Source of the DNA: Ignavibacteriales bacterium
GTDB taxonomy: Bacteria > Bacteroidota > Ignavibacteria > UBA10030 > BY39
Assembly: GCA_037443685.1 (NCBI GenBank)
Contig: JBBINX010000006.1
Coordinates: 1 to 61,116 of the forward strand
DNA length: 61,116 nucleotides
Direction: 5' to 3'
How positions within the stretch are numbered: the stretch's first letter is position 1; each line of letters starts with the position of its first letter. Below the pieces are notes generated by a model. The model had not been told where the DNA came from and did not search any database. It saw only the letters and a list, made by a program, of their open reading frames with translations. Both the position numbers and the translations under genes were made by a program. This document shows positions 9,380-18,059 of this stretch, piece by piece.

Positions 9380-10447
9380 ATGAATGTTGCGCTCGTTTAC
9401 AATCAAAAGAAGGAAGATACAAAACCAGAAAACGATCACGAGCCTCCTGATGAAAATCAAAATAAATTATCAGAACTGAATAGTGATCTGTCCGAAGATA
9501 CTTATGCTGAATGGGATACATTCGAGACTATAAATTCGGTGCGCGAAGCGCTATCAGAATTTCATAATGTCACACTCATAGAAGCGGATGAGTACGCCTA
9601 TCAAAAATTCCTCCATGTGAAACCCGATATTGTTTTCAACATTGCTGAAGGTTTTAACGGTGTTTCGCGCGAATCTCAAATTCCTGCTATTCTTGAGCTT
9701 CTTCAAATTCCTTATACAGGATCAGACCCACTTACCTTAGGTATTTGTCTCGATAAAGCAAGAACCAAAGAAATCCTATCATATTACGGCATTTCTACAC
9801 CTCGATTTAGCGTGATTAATTCGATTTCGGAGATGGTTAGTGCAAATATAGATTTTCCGAGTATCGTAAAACCTAAACATGAGGGTTCAAGCAAAGGCAT
9901 TTTTAATTCTTCTATCGTAAGGAATTGGGATGAGTTGATATCTCGAGTAACTTTTGTGATTGAGACATACCGACAACCGGCGCTAGTTGAAGAATTTTTA
10001 GATGGACGTGAATTTACTGTTGCGTTACTGGGTAATGGAAAAGATGTTAAAGTGCTTCCTATCGTCGAAATGAAATTCGATTCATTGCCTACTGAAGTTA
10101 ACCCTATATATTCTTATGAAGCTAAATGGATTTGGGATAATTCGGAATCACCACTGAATATTTTCGAATGTCCTGCGAACTTACCGGTTTCTCTAAAAAC
10201 TGAAATCGAGGATATTTGTTTGAATACATTTAATGTAATGAGATGCCGCGACTGGTGCCGCATCGATGTTCGCCTCGATTCGAAGGGTGTACCGAATATA
10301 CTTGAACTAAACCCTTTACCGGGAATCTTACCGAAGCCAGAAGATAATTCATGCTTCCCGAAAGCTGCACGGACAGCGGGAATGAATTACAAACAGCTTA
10401 TCCAAGAAGTATTAAATATAGCGGCAAAAAGATACGGGCTTTTATGA
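9380..10447 (+). CDS. D-Ala-D-Ala-ligase-like ATP-grasp enzyme, paralogue 1
   Basis: FPSIVKPKHEGSSKGI, LVEEFLDGREFTVALLGNG, CRIDVRLD..PNILELNPLPG. ATG at 9380 preferred over the TTG at 9365. An acidic insert (EDTKPENDHEPPDENQ) follows the first strand. Confidence 0.8.
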   Translation: MNVALVYNQKKEDTKPENDHEPPDENQNKLSELNSDLSEDTYAEWDTFETINSVREALSEFHNVTLIEADEYAYQKFLHVKPDIVFNIAEGFNGVSRESQIPAILELLQIPYTGSDPLTLGICLDKARTKEILSYYGISTPRFSVINSISEMVSANIDFPSIVKPKHEGSSKGIFNSSIVRNWDELISRVTFVIETYRQPALVEEFLDGREFTVALLGNGKDVKVLPIVEMKFDSLPTEVNPIYSYEAKWIWDNSESPLNIFECPANLPVSLKTEIEDICLNTFNVMRCRDWCRIDVRLDSKGVPNILELNPLPGILPKPEDNSCFPKAARTAGMNYKQLIQEVLNIAAKRYGLL

Positions 10448-11517
10448 AAAAAAAAATACACGTAGCTGTTGTTTATAACGAGCCAACTATTAGCACAAGT
10501 TCGGGCAGAAAATTTATCTCCGAATCAGGAATCCTTTATGAAGAGGGACAACCTATTACGGACGTTAGTCTTGATATGTCTGAAGCCGGTGTCCTCGCTG
10601 AGATGGAAGACATCAAACGGGCATTAATTGTGAACGGCTATAAAACTACACTTTTTAACGTTAATAGCGATATTTTGAGGCTGATTGATTTTTTAAGGGA
10701 AGAACAACCGGACGTTATTTTTAATATATGCGAAAGTATCGGAAAAGAATCATGCCACGAAATGCACGTAGCTGGTATTTATGAACTTTTGGGAATTCCC
10801 TACACTGGTGCAAGTGCATTGACCTTGGGATTAGCACAGAGTAAAGTTCGTGTAAAAGAGATTTTGGGCTATCATGGGTTGCCAACCCCAAAATTTCAAG
10901 TAATGAAAAACCCTGCGCGGATAGTGATTGAAGAAAATCTCGATTTTCCTTTATTTGTTAAACCCGTTCGCGAAGATGCAAGCGTAGGAATCTCATCAGA
11001 TTCAGTAGTATATAATCTCACCAACCTTCGCAAACAAGTTAGATATATTATAGAACAATTCAATCAGCCCGCACTTGTAGAAGAATATATTGACGGACGC
11101 GAACTCAATGTAGCAATTCTAGGTAATTCAAAACCTGTTGCGCTTCCGATTTCCGAGATAGATATGACTACCTTACCCGACAAATACCACAAAATTATTA
11201 CATACAACGCTAAGTGGATGAAAGGCACAGAAGAGTACGAACACACAAAGGGTTATTGTCCTGCCGATTTACCAGCAACATTGGAACAACAATTAAAAGA
11301 GATGGCATTGAAAGCTTACGCAATTATCGGAGGAAGAGATTATGCAAGAGTTGATTTCCGTTTAACTAAGGACAACAAGCCTTACATATTAGAGTTTAAT
11401 CCAAACCCCGATATCGCAAACGATGCCGGATTCGCTCGTTCTGTAAAAGCTTCAGGTCTGACGTTTGATGAGATGGTAAAACGTATTGTCGAATTAGCAT
11501 TCGAGAGGTTACCTTGA
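10444..11517 (+). CDS. D-Ala-D-Ala-ligase-like ATP-grasp enzyme, paralogue 2
   Basis: Start at MKKKIHVAVVYNEP, where ATG 10444 overlaps the upstream TGA as ATGA. Motifs FPLFVKPVREDASVGI, LVEEYIDGRELNVAILGN, ARVDFRL..PYILEFNPNPD. Same architecture as paralogue 1. Confidence 0.8.
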   Translation: MKKKIHVAVVYNEPTISTSSGRKFISESGILYEEGQPITDVSLDMSEAGVLAEMEDIKRALIVNGYKTTLFNVNSDILRLIDFLREEQPDVIFNICESIGKESCHEMHVAGIYELLGIPYTGASALTLGLAQSKVRVKEILGYHGLPTPKFQVMKNPARIVIEENLDFPLFVKPVREDASVGISSDSVVYNLTNLRKQVRYIIEQFNQPALVEEYIDGRELNVAILGNSKPVALPISEIDMTTLPDKYHKIITYNAKWMKGTEEYEHTKGYCPADLPATLEQQLKEMALKAYAIIGGRDYARVDFRLTKDNKPYILEFNPNPDIANDAGFARSVKASGLTFDEMVKRIVELAFERLP

Positions 11518-12023
11518 ATATTCGGCATCTACGTAAAGACGACAGAGAGCAAATACATCGTTTAATTATCGAAACCAATGTTTTTTCTGATGAAGAAGTA
11601 AATGTAGCGATGGAACTAATCGACATTTTTTTAAATAATCCTGTCCAAAAGGATTACAATATCTATTCTGCGATAGATAACGGTGAAGTCTTAGGTTATA
11701 TCTGTATCGGACCTACACCAATTACCGACGGGACATACGACCTTTATTGGATAGTCGTAAAAGCATCTGTCCACGGAAAAGGAGTTGGTAGAAAATTGAT
11801 TGAATTTGCAGAAAATAGTGTTAGAAAAAATAACGGACGACTGCTGGTAGCTGAAACATCGTCCCAAGAAAAATATCGTAACACTCGCGAGTTTTATTTG
11901 CGTGTCGGATATTCTGAGCTTGCGAAAATAAATGACTATTATAAAGTTGGCGACGACTTGATAATATATGGTAAGTATCTTCATTCAATATTCAATAATA
12001 ATTTTGGAGGACAAAAGGTATAA
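11514..12023 (+). CDS. GNAT family N-acetyltransferase (small, 169 aa)
   Basis: The TTG start overlaps the upstream TGA (TTGA). Acetyl-CoA binding block VVKASVHGKGVGRKLIEFAE and ...REFYLRVGY of the GNAT fold. Confidence 0.8.
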   Translation: MNIRHLRKDDREQIHRLIIETNVFSDEEVNVAMELIDIFLNNPVQKDYNIYSAIDNGEVLGYICIGPTPITDGTYDLYWIVVKASVHGKGVGRKLIEFAENSVRKNNGRLLVAETSSQEKYRNTREFYLRVGYSELAKINDYYKVGDDLIIYGKYLHSIFNNNFGGQKV

Positions 12024-13163
12024 ATGGAAATCTGGCAAGAAATGCTGAGAAAAAGTATTGACAGCGGAAAAGATTTAGTCGACCGCTTCGGTTTTGACAC
12101 AGCGATGGCAGAACGCCTTAATAAAATTTTCCATATTAGAATCAATCCATATTACTTAAGTTTGATTCGATATCCGGGAGACCCGATATGGCTTCAGTGC
12201 ATTCCTGACAACAAAGAGCTTGAAGTCGACGCATCACCGGAAGACCCGCTCGAAGAAGATTCGCATAGCCCGGTACCGAGTATTGTGCATCGGTATCCGG
12301 ATAGAGTGTTATTCCTTAGTACGAGTCAGTGCTCAATGTATTGTCGTTTCTGTACGCGAAAGAGAAAAGTAGGCGATTCCTCTAAAATTAATATGAAATA
12401 TATTCAGGATGGTATCAATTATATTGCAAAACATACTGAAATACGTGACGTTATCTTGTCTGGTGGCGACCCGCTTATGCTTACCGACTTCATGTTGGAA
12501 AAAATATTAAAAGGACTCCGGGACATACCACACATCGAAATAATTCGTCTCGGTACTAAAATGCCCTGCGTGCTTCCCCAACGCATCACCCCAAAATTAA
12601 CAAAGATGCTTCGAAAATACCATCCTATCTACATTAATACACATTTTAATCATCCTTGGGAAATCACACCCGAAGCAAAAAAAGCTTGCGAGATGTTAGC
12701 TGATGCCGGTATTCCTCTCGGAAATCAATCAGTTTTGATGAAGGGTGTCAACGATGACCCGGATGTGATGTTAGAGTTGATGCGTAAACTGCTCGCAATA
12801 CGTGTGAAGCCATACTACATGTACCAAGCCGATATTACAAAAGGGACCAACCATTTCCGCACATCGGTAAGTAAAGGTATGGAGATAATGGATAAACTTC
12901 GCGGTCACACTTCTGGTCTTGCAATCCCATACTACGTTATAGATGCACCCGGTGGTGGTGGTAAGATTCCACTTCTACCACAGTACGTTATTGGCAGAGC
13001 CGGCAATCAGCTAATAATGCGAAATTATAAATACGATATTTTCACATACCCCGACGTTGAAGAAGAACCGACTCCTACATCCCAAGTCGAACAACCTTAT
13101 ATGCGTAGGCGTAAAAATGGAAAGAAACATCAAGAACCCGAAAAGGTTTTGGTACAAGTTTAA
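12024..13163 (+). CDS. kamA: Lysine 2,3-aminomutase (KamA family radical SAM / PLP enzyme)
   Basis: CSMYCRFCTRK radical-SAM cluster motif, SGGDPL, NQSVLMKGVNDD, YYMYQADITKGTNHFRT, VIDAPGGGGKIPL. The ATG abuts the GNAT stop. Confidence 0.88.
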   Translation: MEIWQEMLRKSIDSGKDLVDRFGFDTAMAERLNKIFHIRINPYYLSLIRYPGDPIWLQCIPDNKELEVDASPEDPLEEDSHSPVPSIVHRYPDRVLFLSTSQCSMYCRFCTRKRKVGDSSKINMKYIQDGINYIAKHTEIRDVILSGGDPLMLTDFMLEKILKGLRDIPHIEIIRLGTKMPCVLPQRITPKLTKMLRKYHPIYINTHFNHPWEITPEAKKACEMLADAGIPLGNQSVLMKGVNDDPDVMLELMRKLLAIRVKPYYMYQADITKGTNHFRTSVSKGMEIMDKLRGHTSGLAIPYYVIDAPGGGGKIPLLPQYVIGRAGNQLIMRNYKYDIFTYPDVEEEPTPTSQVEQPYMRRRKNGKKHQEPEKVLVQV

Positions 13164-13361
13164 ACGAGCAAAGTCTGACTTAACTTTGAGGTCTTTGACG
13201 CTAGAATAATTTGGGTGCGATTAACAAATTATAAAACCATTTGGAGTTTGGAGGAGTAAAATTCAATCCTAAATTACAGTCGCGTGCCGCCAATGCACAT
13301 CCCCTATTCAGGGAGTTTGTGAAAGCGGCGGTGGGATATGGAAAATATAATAAAAAAAACC

Positions 13362-14705
13362 TTATGTGAATTTTGCTCCTTTCCACTCATGTACTCCGTT
13401 TTCATCTATTAGTGCGTGTACGAGGGTGGGGAGTGGTTTTTGTTTATCTGTAATCTGAAAACTGTTCAGCAATCTTTGTGCGGCATTACCGAGCGAATGT
13501 TTATCCTCTCCGTAAATTATAGCTAACACATCACCTTTTTCTATTGGGTCACAAACTTTTTTGTGAAAAATAATACCTGCTTTAGGGTCTATAACATCAT
13601 CCACCTTCATTCTTCCTGCGCCAACCATAATGCCCACAAATCCGACTTCAAGTGCATCGATGTTTTCTATGTATCCTGCAGAATTACTTTTTACTTCTAC
13701 AGAAAATTTACTCAGCGGATATTTTTTTAAATCCTCAATGAATGATTTATCGCCGCCTTGCCGTTCAACCATTTGCAGGAATTTTTTATAAGCCGCGCCT
13801 GATTTGACTGTGTCCATACATTTTGCAATACCTTCTTCAATTGTAATTGCTTTACCGCCTAACATAACCATCGCACCGCTTAGGAGATAAGTTACTTCCA
13901 TCAAGTCGGGGACATCTTTACCACGCATACACTCAACACACTCAACAACTTCAAGCCAGTTGCCGACAGCGTAACCGAGCGGCTGAGACATATCTGTTAG
14001 AAATCCGATTGTCTTCTTCCCGAAATTATTTCCAATTGCAATTAAAGTTTCTGCCAACTCTATTGCGCTCTCTTTGGATTGCATGAAAGCTCCGCGTCCG
14101 GTTTTTATGTCGAGTACGAGAGCATCAATTCCTTCGGCTAATTTTTTACTCATGATGCTTCCGGCAATGAGAGGGATGCATTCAACAGTTCCGGTTACAT
14201 CGCGGAGTGCGTACATTTTTTTATCGGCGGGCGCAATCTCTTTTGTCTGACCGATCATTACAAGTCCGATATCGGCGATAACTGATTTGTATTCTTCGAG
14301 TGAAAGGTTTGTGCGAAATCCGGGGATGGATTCTAACTTGTCTAACGTTCCGCCCGTGTGTCCAAGTCCGCGACCGGAAATCATCGGTACCGGAACACCG
14401 CAAGCCGCCACCATTGGCGCAAGGATTAGAGAGACTTTGTCACCAACGCCGCCCGTTGAATGTTTATCAACTTTTATTCCGGGGACGGAAGATAGGTCGA
14501 CGACTATGCCGGAGTTCAGCATGATATCTGTGAAGACGGCAGTCTCGTCGAAATCCATTTTGTTAAAATATACCGCCATCAAGAATGACGACATCTGGTA
14601 GTCAGGAATTTTTCCTTCAACATATCCTTTAATTATAAATTCCATTTCCTGACGCGAGAGTTTTTGTCCGTCTCGTTTTTTTCTGATTATTTCTACTGCA
14701 CTCAT
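13362..14705 (-). CDS. deoA: Thymidine / pyrimidine-nucleoside phosphorylase
   Basis: 447 aa. IIRKKRDGQKLS..E..FII.GY..G.IPDYQMS.FLMAV, DKHSTGGVGDK, SGRGLGHTGGTLDKLE. Confidence 0.92.
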   Translation of the reverse strand: MSAVEIIRKKRDGQKLSRQEMEFIIKGYVEGKIPDYQMSSFLMAVYFNKMDFDETAVFTDIMLNSGIVVDLSSVPGIKVDKHSTGGVGDKVSLILAPMVAACGVPVPMISGRGLGHTGGTLDKLESIPGFRTNLSLEEYKSVIADIGLVMIGQTKEIAPADKKMYALRDVTGTVECIPLIAGSIMSKKLAEGIDALVLDIKTGRGAFMQSKESAIELAETLIAIGNNFGKKTIGFLTDMSQPLGYAVGNWLEVVECVECMRGKDVPDLMEVTYLLSGAMVMLGGKAITIEEGIAKCMDTVKSGAAYKKFLQMVERQGGDKSFIEDLKKYPLSKFSVEVKSNSAGYIENIDALEVGFVGIMVGAGRMKVDDVIDPKAGIIFHKKVCDPIEKGDVLAIIYGEDKHSLGNAAQRLLNSFQITDKQKPLPTLVHALIDENGVHEWKGAKFT

Positions 14706-14741
14706 TATGTCTTTCTAACTTGTTTAATTATTCCAATCTTT

Positions 14742-15299
14742 TCAATCTTTACAATCATTTAAATTTTTTAATTTCAGCATTCCAATCATTATTCCACAAA
14801 TTGTTTTTCCATCAACAATTTCCTGATTCTCAATCAGTTCGACAATTTTTTGGAGCGGAAGAATTTCAACGGTCATCGTAAGTTCGCCTTCTTCTAAATT
14901 CCTACCGTTCTTTGCGGGAAATAAATCTTGAGCCATAAATATGTGAAGCTGCTCTGTGCAAAAACCGGGAGATGTATAAATTGCTGTGAGTTTTTTCCAA
15001 TCGTTAGCTAGGTATCCTGTTTCCTCTTCTAATTCGCGTTTTGCGCAATCCAGCGGGTCTTCATTAGTGTTTAGTTTTCCCGCAGGTAATTCATAAATAA
15101 ATTTATCTATCGGATAACGATGTTGCTTTATAAGAATAACTTTATCGTCCGGAAAGATTGCAAAAATTACGGCACCTCCTGGATGTTCTGCCACTTCCCG
15201 AATCGAACGATTTCCCGATTCATACTCAACATTATCAACAATTGTGTTGAATACTTTTCCGCTGTAAACTATTTTTCGTTTAAGAAGTTTTAACTTCAT
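14742..15299 (-). CDS. NUDIX hydrolase (ADP-ribose pyrophosphatase-like)
   Basis: Nudix box GKLNTNEDPLDCAKRELEEETGY. 185 aa. Confidence 0.85.
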   Translation of the reverse strand: MKLKLLKRKIVYSGKVFNTIVDNVEYESGNRSIREVAEHPGGAVIFAIFPDDKVILIKQHRYPIDKFIYELPAGKLNTNEDPLDCAKRELEEETGYLANDWKKLTAIYTSPGFCTEQLHIFMAQDLFPAKNGRNLEEGELTMTVEILPLQKIVELIENQEIVDGKTICGIMIGMLKLKNLNDCKD

Positions 15300-16359
15300 C
15301 TCTGTTTACCAGATGTACAACTTGTTGAGGAAGTGGAATTATTATACCAGCATCTGCAAATGCTTTATAAATTTGTTCGCGGATTGATGTTTCGACGAGC
15401 CACTTTTTCTTGAAGTCGTCCGTACGCATATTTAAACGAAGCATAGCAGCCGATTGAGCGAAATCTATTAGAAACACCTCGGGTATCGGGTTTTTCATGA
15501 CATCAGGATGGTTGTTCGCAAGGTCAAGGAGTATTTTCCGTGCTTCTGCTATATCGGTTCCATATTTTACGCCTACATCTACCAATGCCCGGATTTCCTG
15601 TTGAGGATATGAATAATTTATTAGACGAGATTTTATTATTTCAGCGTTAGGTATGACAACATGATTATTGTCGAAGTTTAAAATGTGTGTACTTCTTAAA
15701 CCGATTTGTGTAACATCGCCGATTTCTCCGGACGGGAGTTGTATTCTATCTCCGACACGAAATGGCCTGTCGATCATAATTACAAATCCAGCGATCATAT
15801 TAGCGAGTGTATCTTGTGCCGCAAGAGCAATCGCTAAAGAACCCACACCTAACGATACGAGCAAACTTCCGATGCTAACTCCGAAGTGCTCTAATATAAT
15901 CATTAATCCTGTAAGAAATATTACAATGCTTATAATTTTTTTTGTAAGCGGGGCAATCGTCGCAGTTAGGTTGCTTTGTGTCTTGCGTGAGACCTCGTCC
16001 ATATACCATCCAAATATTGCTTCAATGAGCCGACTTATTAAGCGTGCAACTGCAAGAACAATTATAATAAAAATTGCAATTTGTAAATAGTATAGAATTT
16101 GATTCAGTGTAATATCGTCTGGTGTTGAAATTTTATTTAAATATTTGATACCTACGTATATGCCGATGATAACACAAATTAGTGTTGCATTACCACGCAG
16201 AACCTCTATGATTCGGTCATCAAGTGTAGTTTTTGTTTTCGTAAGTATCTGCTTCCCGAAGATGTTCAGTAAAATCTTTATTCCTTTACCGATTATCCAT
16301 GAGCCAACAATAATTGCTAAGGTTATTAACAGATGTTTTAAAAGAATATTTTCAAACAT
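15280..16359 (-). CDS. Mechanosensitive ion channel (MscS family)
   Basis: N-terminal TM helices then LANMIAGFVIMIDRPFRVGDRIQL..GEIGDVTQIGLRST, characteristic of the MscS beta-domain. Overlaps the Nudix gene by 20 nt. Confidence 0.88.
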   Translation of the reverse strand: MFENILLKHLLITLAIIVGSWIIGKGIKILLNIFGKQILTKTKTTLDDRIIEVLRGNATLICVIIGIYVGIKYLNKISTPDDITLNQILYYLQIAIFIIIVLAVARLISRLIEAIFGWYMDEVSRKTQSNLTATIAPLTKKIISIVIFLTGLMIILEHFGVSIGSLLVSLGVGSLAIALAAQDTLANMIAGFVIMIDRPFRVGDRIQLPSGEIGDVTQIGLRSTHILNFDNNHVVIPNAEIIKSRLINYSYPQQEIRALVDVGVKYGTDIAEARKILLDLANNHPDVMKNPIPEVFLIDFAQSAAMLRLNMRTDDFKKKWLVETSIREQIYKAFADAGIIIPLPQQVVHLVNRDEVKTS

Positions 16360-16367
16360 AATTTGCC

Positions 16368-16952
16368 CTATTTATTAATTCGGCTTCCTGGTTTAATGAT
16401 TGGAATATTTTGTTTGCACAACAGACAATCTTCCGCTTTATAAGTAACAACCTCAAGTTTTAATACTGAGTATTGATATGAAATATCAAATTTTACCTTA
16501 CCTCCGCTGCGGTCGACGATCGCTGCGGTTCCTATTACGTTTCCGCCATTCTCTCGAACGATGTCGATAACTTCTTGTGTTGAGCCGCCTGTTGTTACAA
16601 CATCTTCACAGACGAGTACGAATTCACCTGGTTTAATTTCGAAACCACGGCGAAGCTGCATTACTCCATCTTGGCGTTCCGTGAAAATCGTTCTTGCTTT
16701 TAGTAATCTACCGACTTCTTGTCCGACGACTACTCCACCTAAAGCAGGTGAGATGGTTACATTAATATTTTTGTCCTGATAGTAATTGGCAATCTGAGAA
16801 CATAGTACTTCACAGTATTGAGGGTATTGCAACACCTTAGCACACTGAAAATATTGTGGGCTGTGCAGTCCCGATGTTAGTAGGAAATGTCCTTCGAGCA
16901 GAGCTTCGGTGGATTTAAACATTGATAGTATTTTTTCGGATTGCAAATTCAT
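16368..16952 (-). CDS. pyrE: Orotate phosphoribosyltransferase
   Basis: 194 aa. EGHFLLTSGLHSPQYFQ, PRPP loop VLVCEDVVTTGGST. Confidence 0.9.
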   Translation of the reverse strand: MNLQSEKILSMFKSTEALLEGHFLLTSGLHSPQYFQCAKVLQYPQYCEVLCSQIANYYQDKNINVTISPALGGVVVGQEVGRLLKARTIFTERQDGVMQLRRGFEIKPGEFVLVCEDVVTTGGSTQEVIDIVRENGGNVIGTAAIVDRSGGKVKFDISYQYSVLKLEVVTYKAEDCLLCKQNIPIIKPGSRINK

Positions 16953-17026
16953 AGCTATTATTAATGTCTAAAATATACAAAAAAAAAGTTGGATGACAAA
17001 GTAGAAATAATTTCAAACGAATGACG

Positions 17027-17056
17027 AATTTTAAATTTTAAATTTAAAATTTAAAA
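17027..17056. repeat. AT-only 7-8 nt microsatellite (ATTTTAA/ATTTAAA, 4-5 units)
   Basis: Reads aattttaaattttaaatttaaaatttaaaat between the pyrE start and the murI stop. Bracketed by gaatga ... tcattc. Confidence 0.5.
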
Positions 17057-17063
17057 TCCTAAA

Positions 17064-17864
17064 TCATTCTATATGCACCTTCTTGACTACTCCCATTTTT
17101 TGCCCCAGAAACAATTCGCCAATTTCAAGAAATTTATGAGGTAAGTCGCTAACGAAAAATTGTACATTAGCTTTTAATTTACTTGGGTTGCGTAAACCTG
17201 TTTCGTTAAGGATTTGGTCAACTGCCGCGGCTGTGCACTTTCCCGAATCGACGAGTTGAACTGTTTCGCCCACTGCTTTCTGGATAACATCCCCGAGAAT
17301 CGGATAATGTGTGCAGCCCAAAATAAGTGTATCAATTTTGTGAAGTTTAAGAGGGAAAAGATATTCTTTTGCAATCAATGCAGTGGCAGGATGTTTTGTC
17401 CAACCTTCTTCAGCGAGAGGAACAAATAATGGACATGGCTGTGAAAACACTTCGAAAGATGTATCGATTTGGTGGATTGCATTTGTGTAAGCGTTACTTA
17501 AAACTGTTGTGAGTGTTCCGATAACACCGATGCGTTTCTTTTTACTCGATTGAATGGCACTCTCGGCTCCCGGCATGATAACTCCAATAACCGGTATTTT
17601 GGAGCGTTTTTGTACAACATCTATAGCTACAGATGAAACCGTGTTGCACGCGACGATAATCATCTTCACATTTTTTGAGAGCAGAAAGTCTGTATCCTGT
17701 GCTGCGTACTCCCGCACGACTTGCGATGATTTGGGCCCGTAGGGAACCCTCGCAGTGTCGCCGAAGTAAACAATATTTTCGTTAGGAAGTCTGTGTATTA
17801 AAGCCCGAACAACAGTAAGCCCGCCGATGCCCGAGTCGAATATACCTATTGGTTTGGTATTCAT
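17064..17864 (-). CDS. murI: Glutamate racemase
   Basis: IGIFDSGIGGLTV, catalytic-Cys blocks IVACNT and LGCTHYP. Confidence 0.92.
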   Translation of the reverse strand: MNTKPIGIFDSGIGGLTVVRALIHRLPNENIVYFGDTARVPYGPKSSQVVREYAAQDTDFLLSKNVKMIIVACNTVSSVAIDVVQKRSKIPVIGVIMPGAESAIQSSKKKRIGVIGTLTTVLSNAYTNAIHQIDTSFEVFSQPCPLFVPLAEEGWTKHPATALIAKEYLFPLKLHKIDTLILGCTHYPILGDVIQKAVGETVQLVDSGKCTAAAVDQILNETGLRNPSKLKANVQFFVSDLPHKFLEIGELFLGQKMGVVKKVHIE

Positions 17865-17988
17865 AGTAGTTAAATATAGAGAAAGCAGGGAGCAAATTCA
17901 AATAGATAGTGAAGGATTGATAATGAAAATTGACATTAAAAAATGATTAATGAATATCGGATCGCAAAAGTTGAATTTTGGATGATTT

Positions 17989-18030
17989 GAAAAATAAAAG
18001 CCCCGAATCAATATTAACAGAATCAGGGCT
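17989..18030 (-). terminator. Rho-independent terminator of the LTD-PLD-T9SS gene
   Basis: Minus strand reads AGCCCUGAUUC-(10 nt loop)-GAUUCGGGGCU (one G-U pair, one mismatch) followed by UUUAUUUUUC, 30 nt after the stop. Confidence 0.65.
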
Positions 18031-18059
18031 TAATAAATCTTAACTGATTAACATTTCAA

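Noticed and set aside
13201-13386. 61-aa minus-strand ORF in the kamA/deoA spacer
   Set aside because: It starts inside the 3' end of the thymidine phosphorylase gene and has no family features. The region is better explained by the hairpin element. The same reasoning applies to 9315-9521, 22410-22670, 51490-51699 and 30959-31249.
15668-16090. 140-aa plus-strand ORF, and similar antisense ORFs inside plsY (5350-5799), the M24 peptidase gene (4393-4773), the CBS gene (46626-47036) and the CaCA gene (47999-48364)
   Set aside because: All are fully contained antisense to genes with strong family signatures. Their composition simply mirrors the membrane or GC-skewed sense frame.
17027-17056. AT microsatellite as a functional repeat (for example a phase-variation tract)
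   Set aside because: It lies between a gene stop and the region upstream of pyrE and is not in a coding frame. It is too short and degenerate to say more than low-complexity AT DNA.
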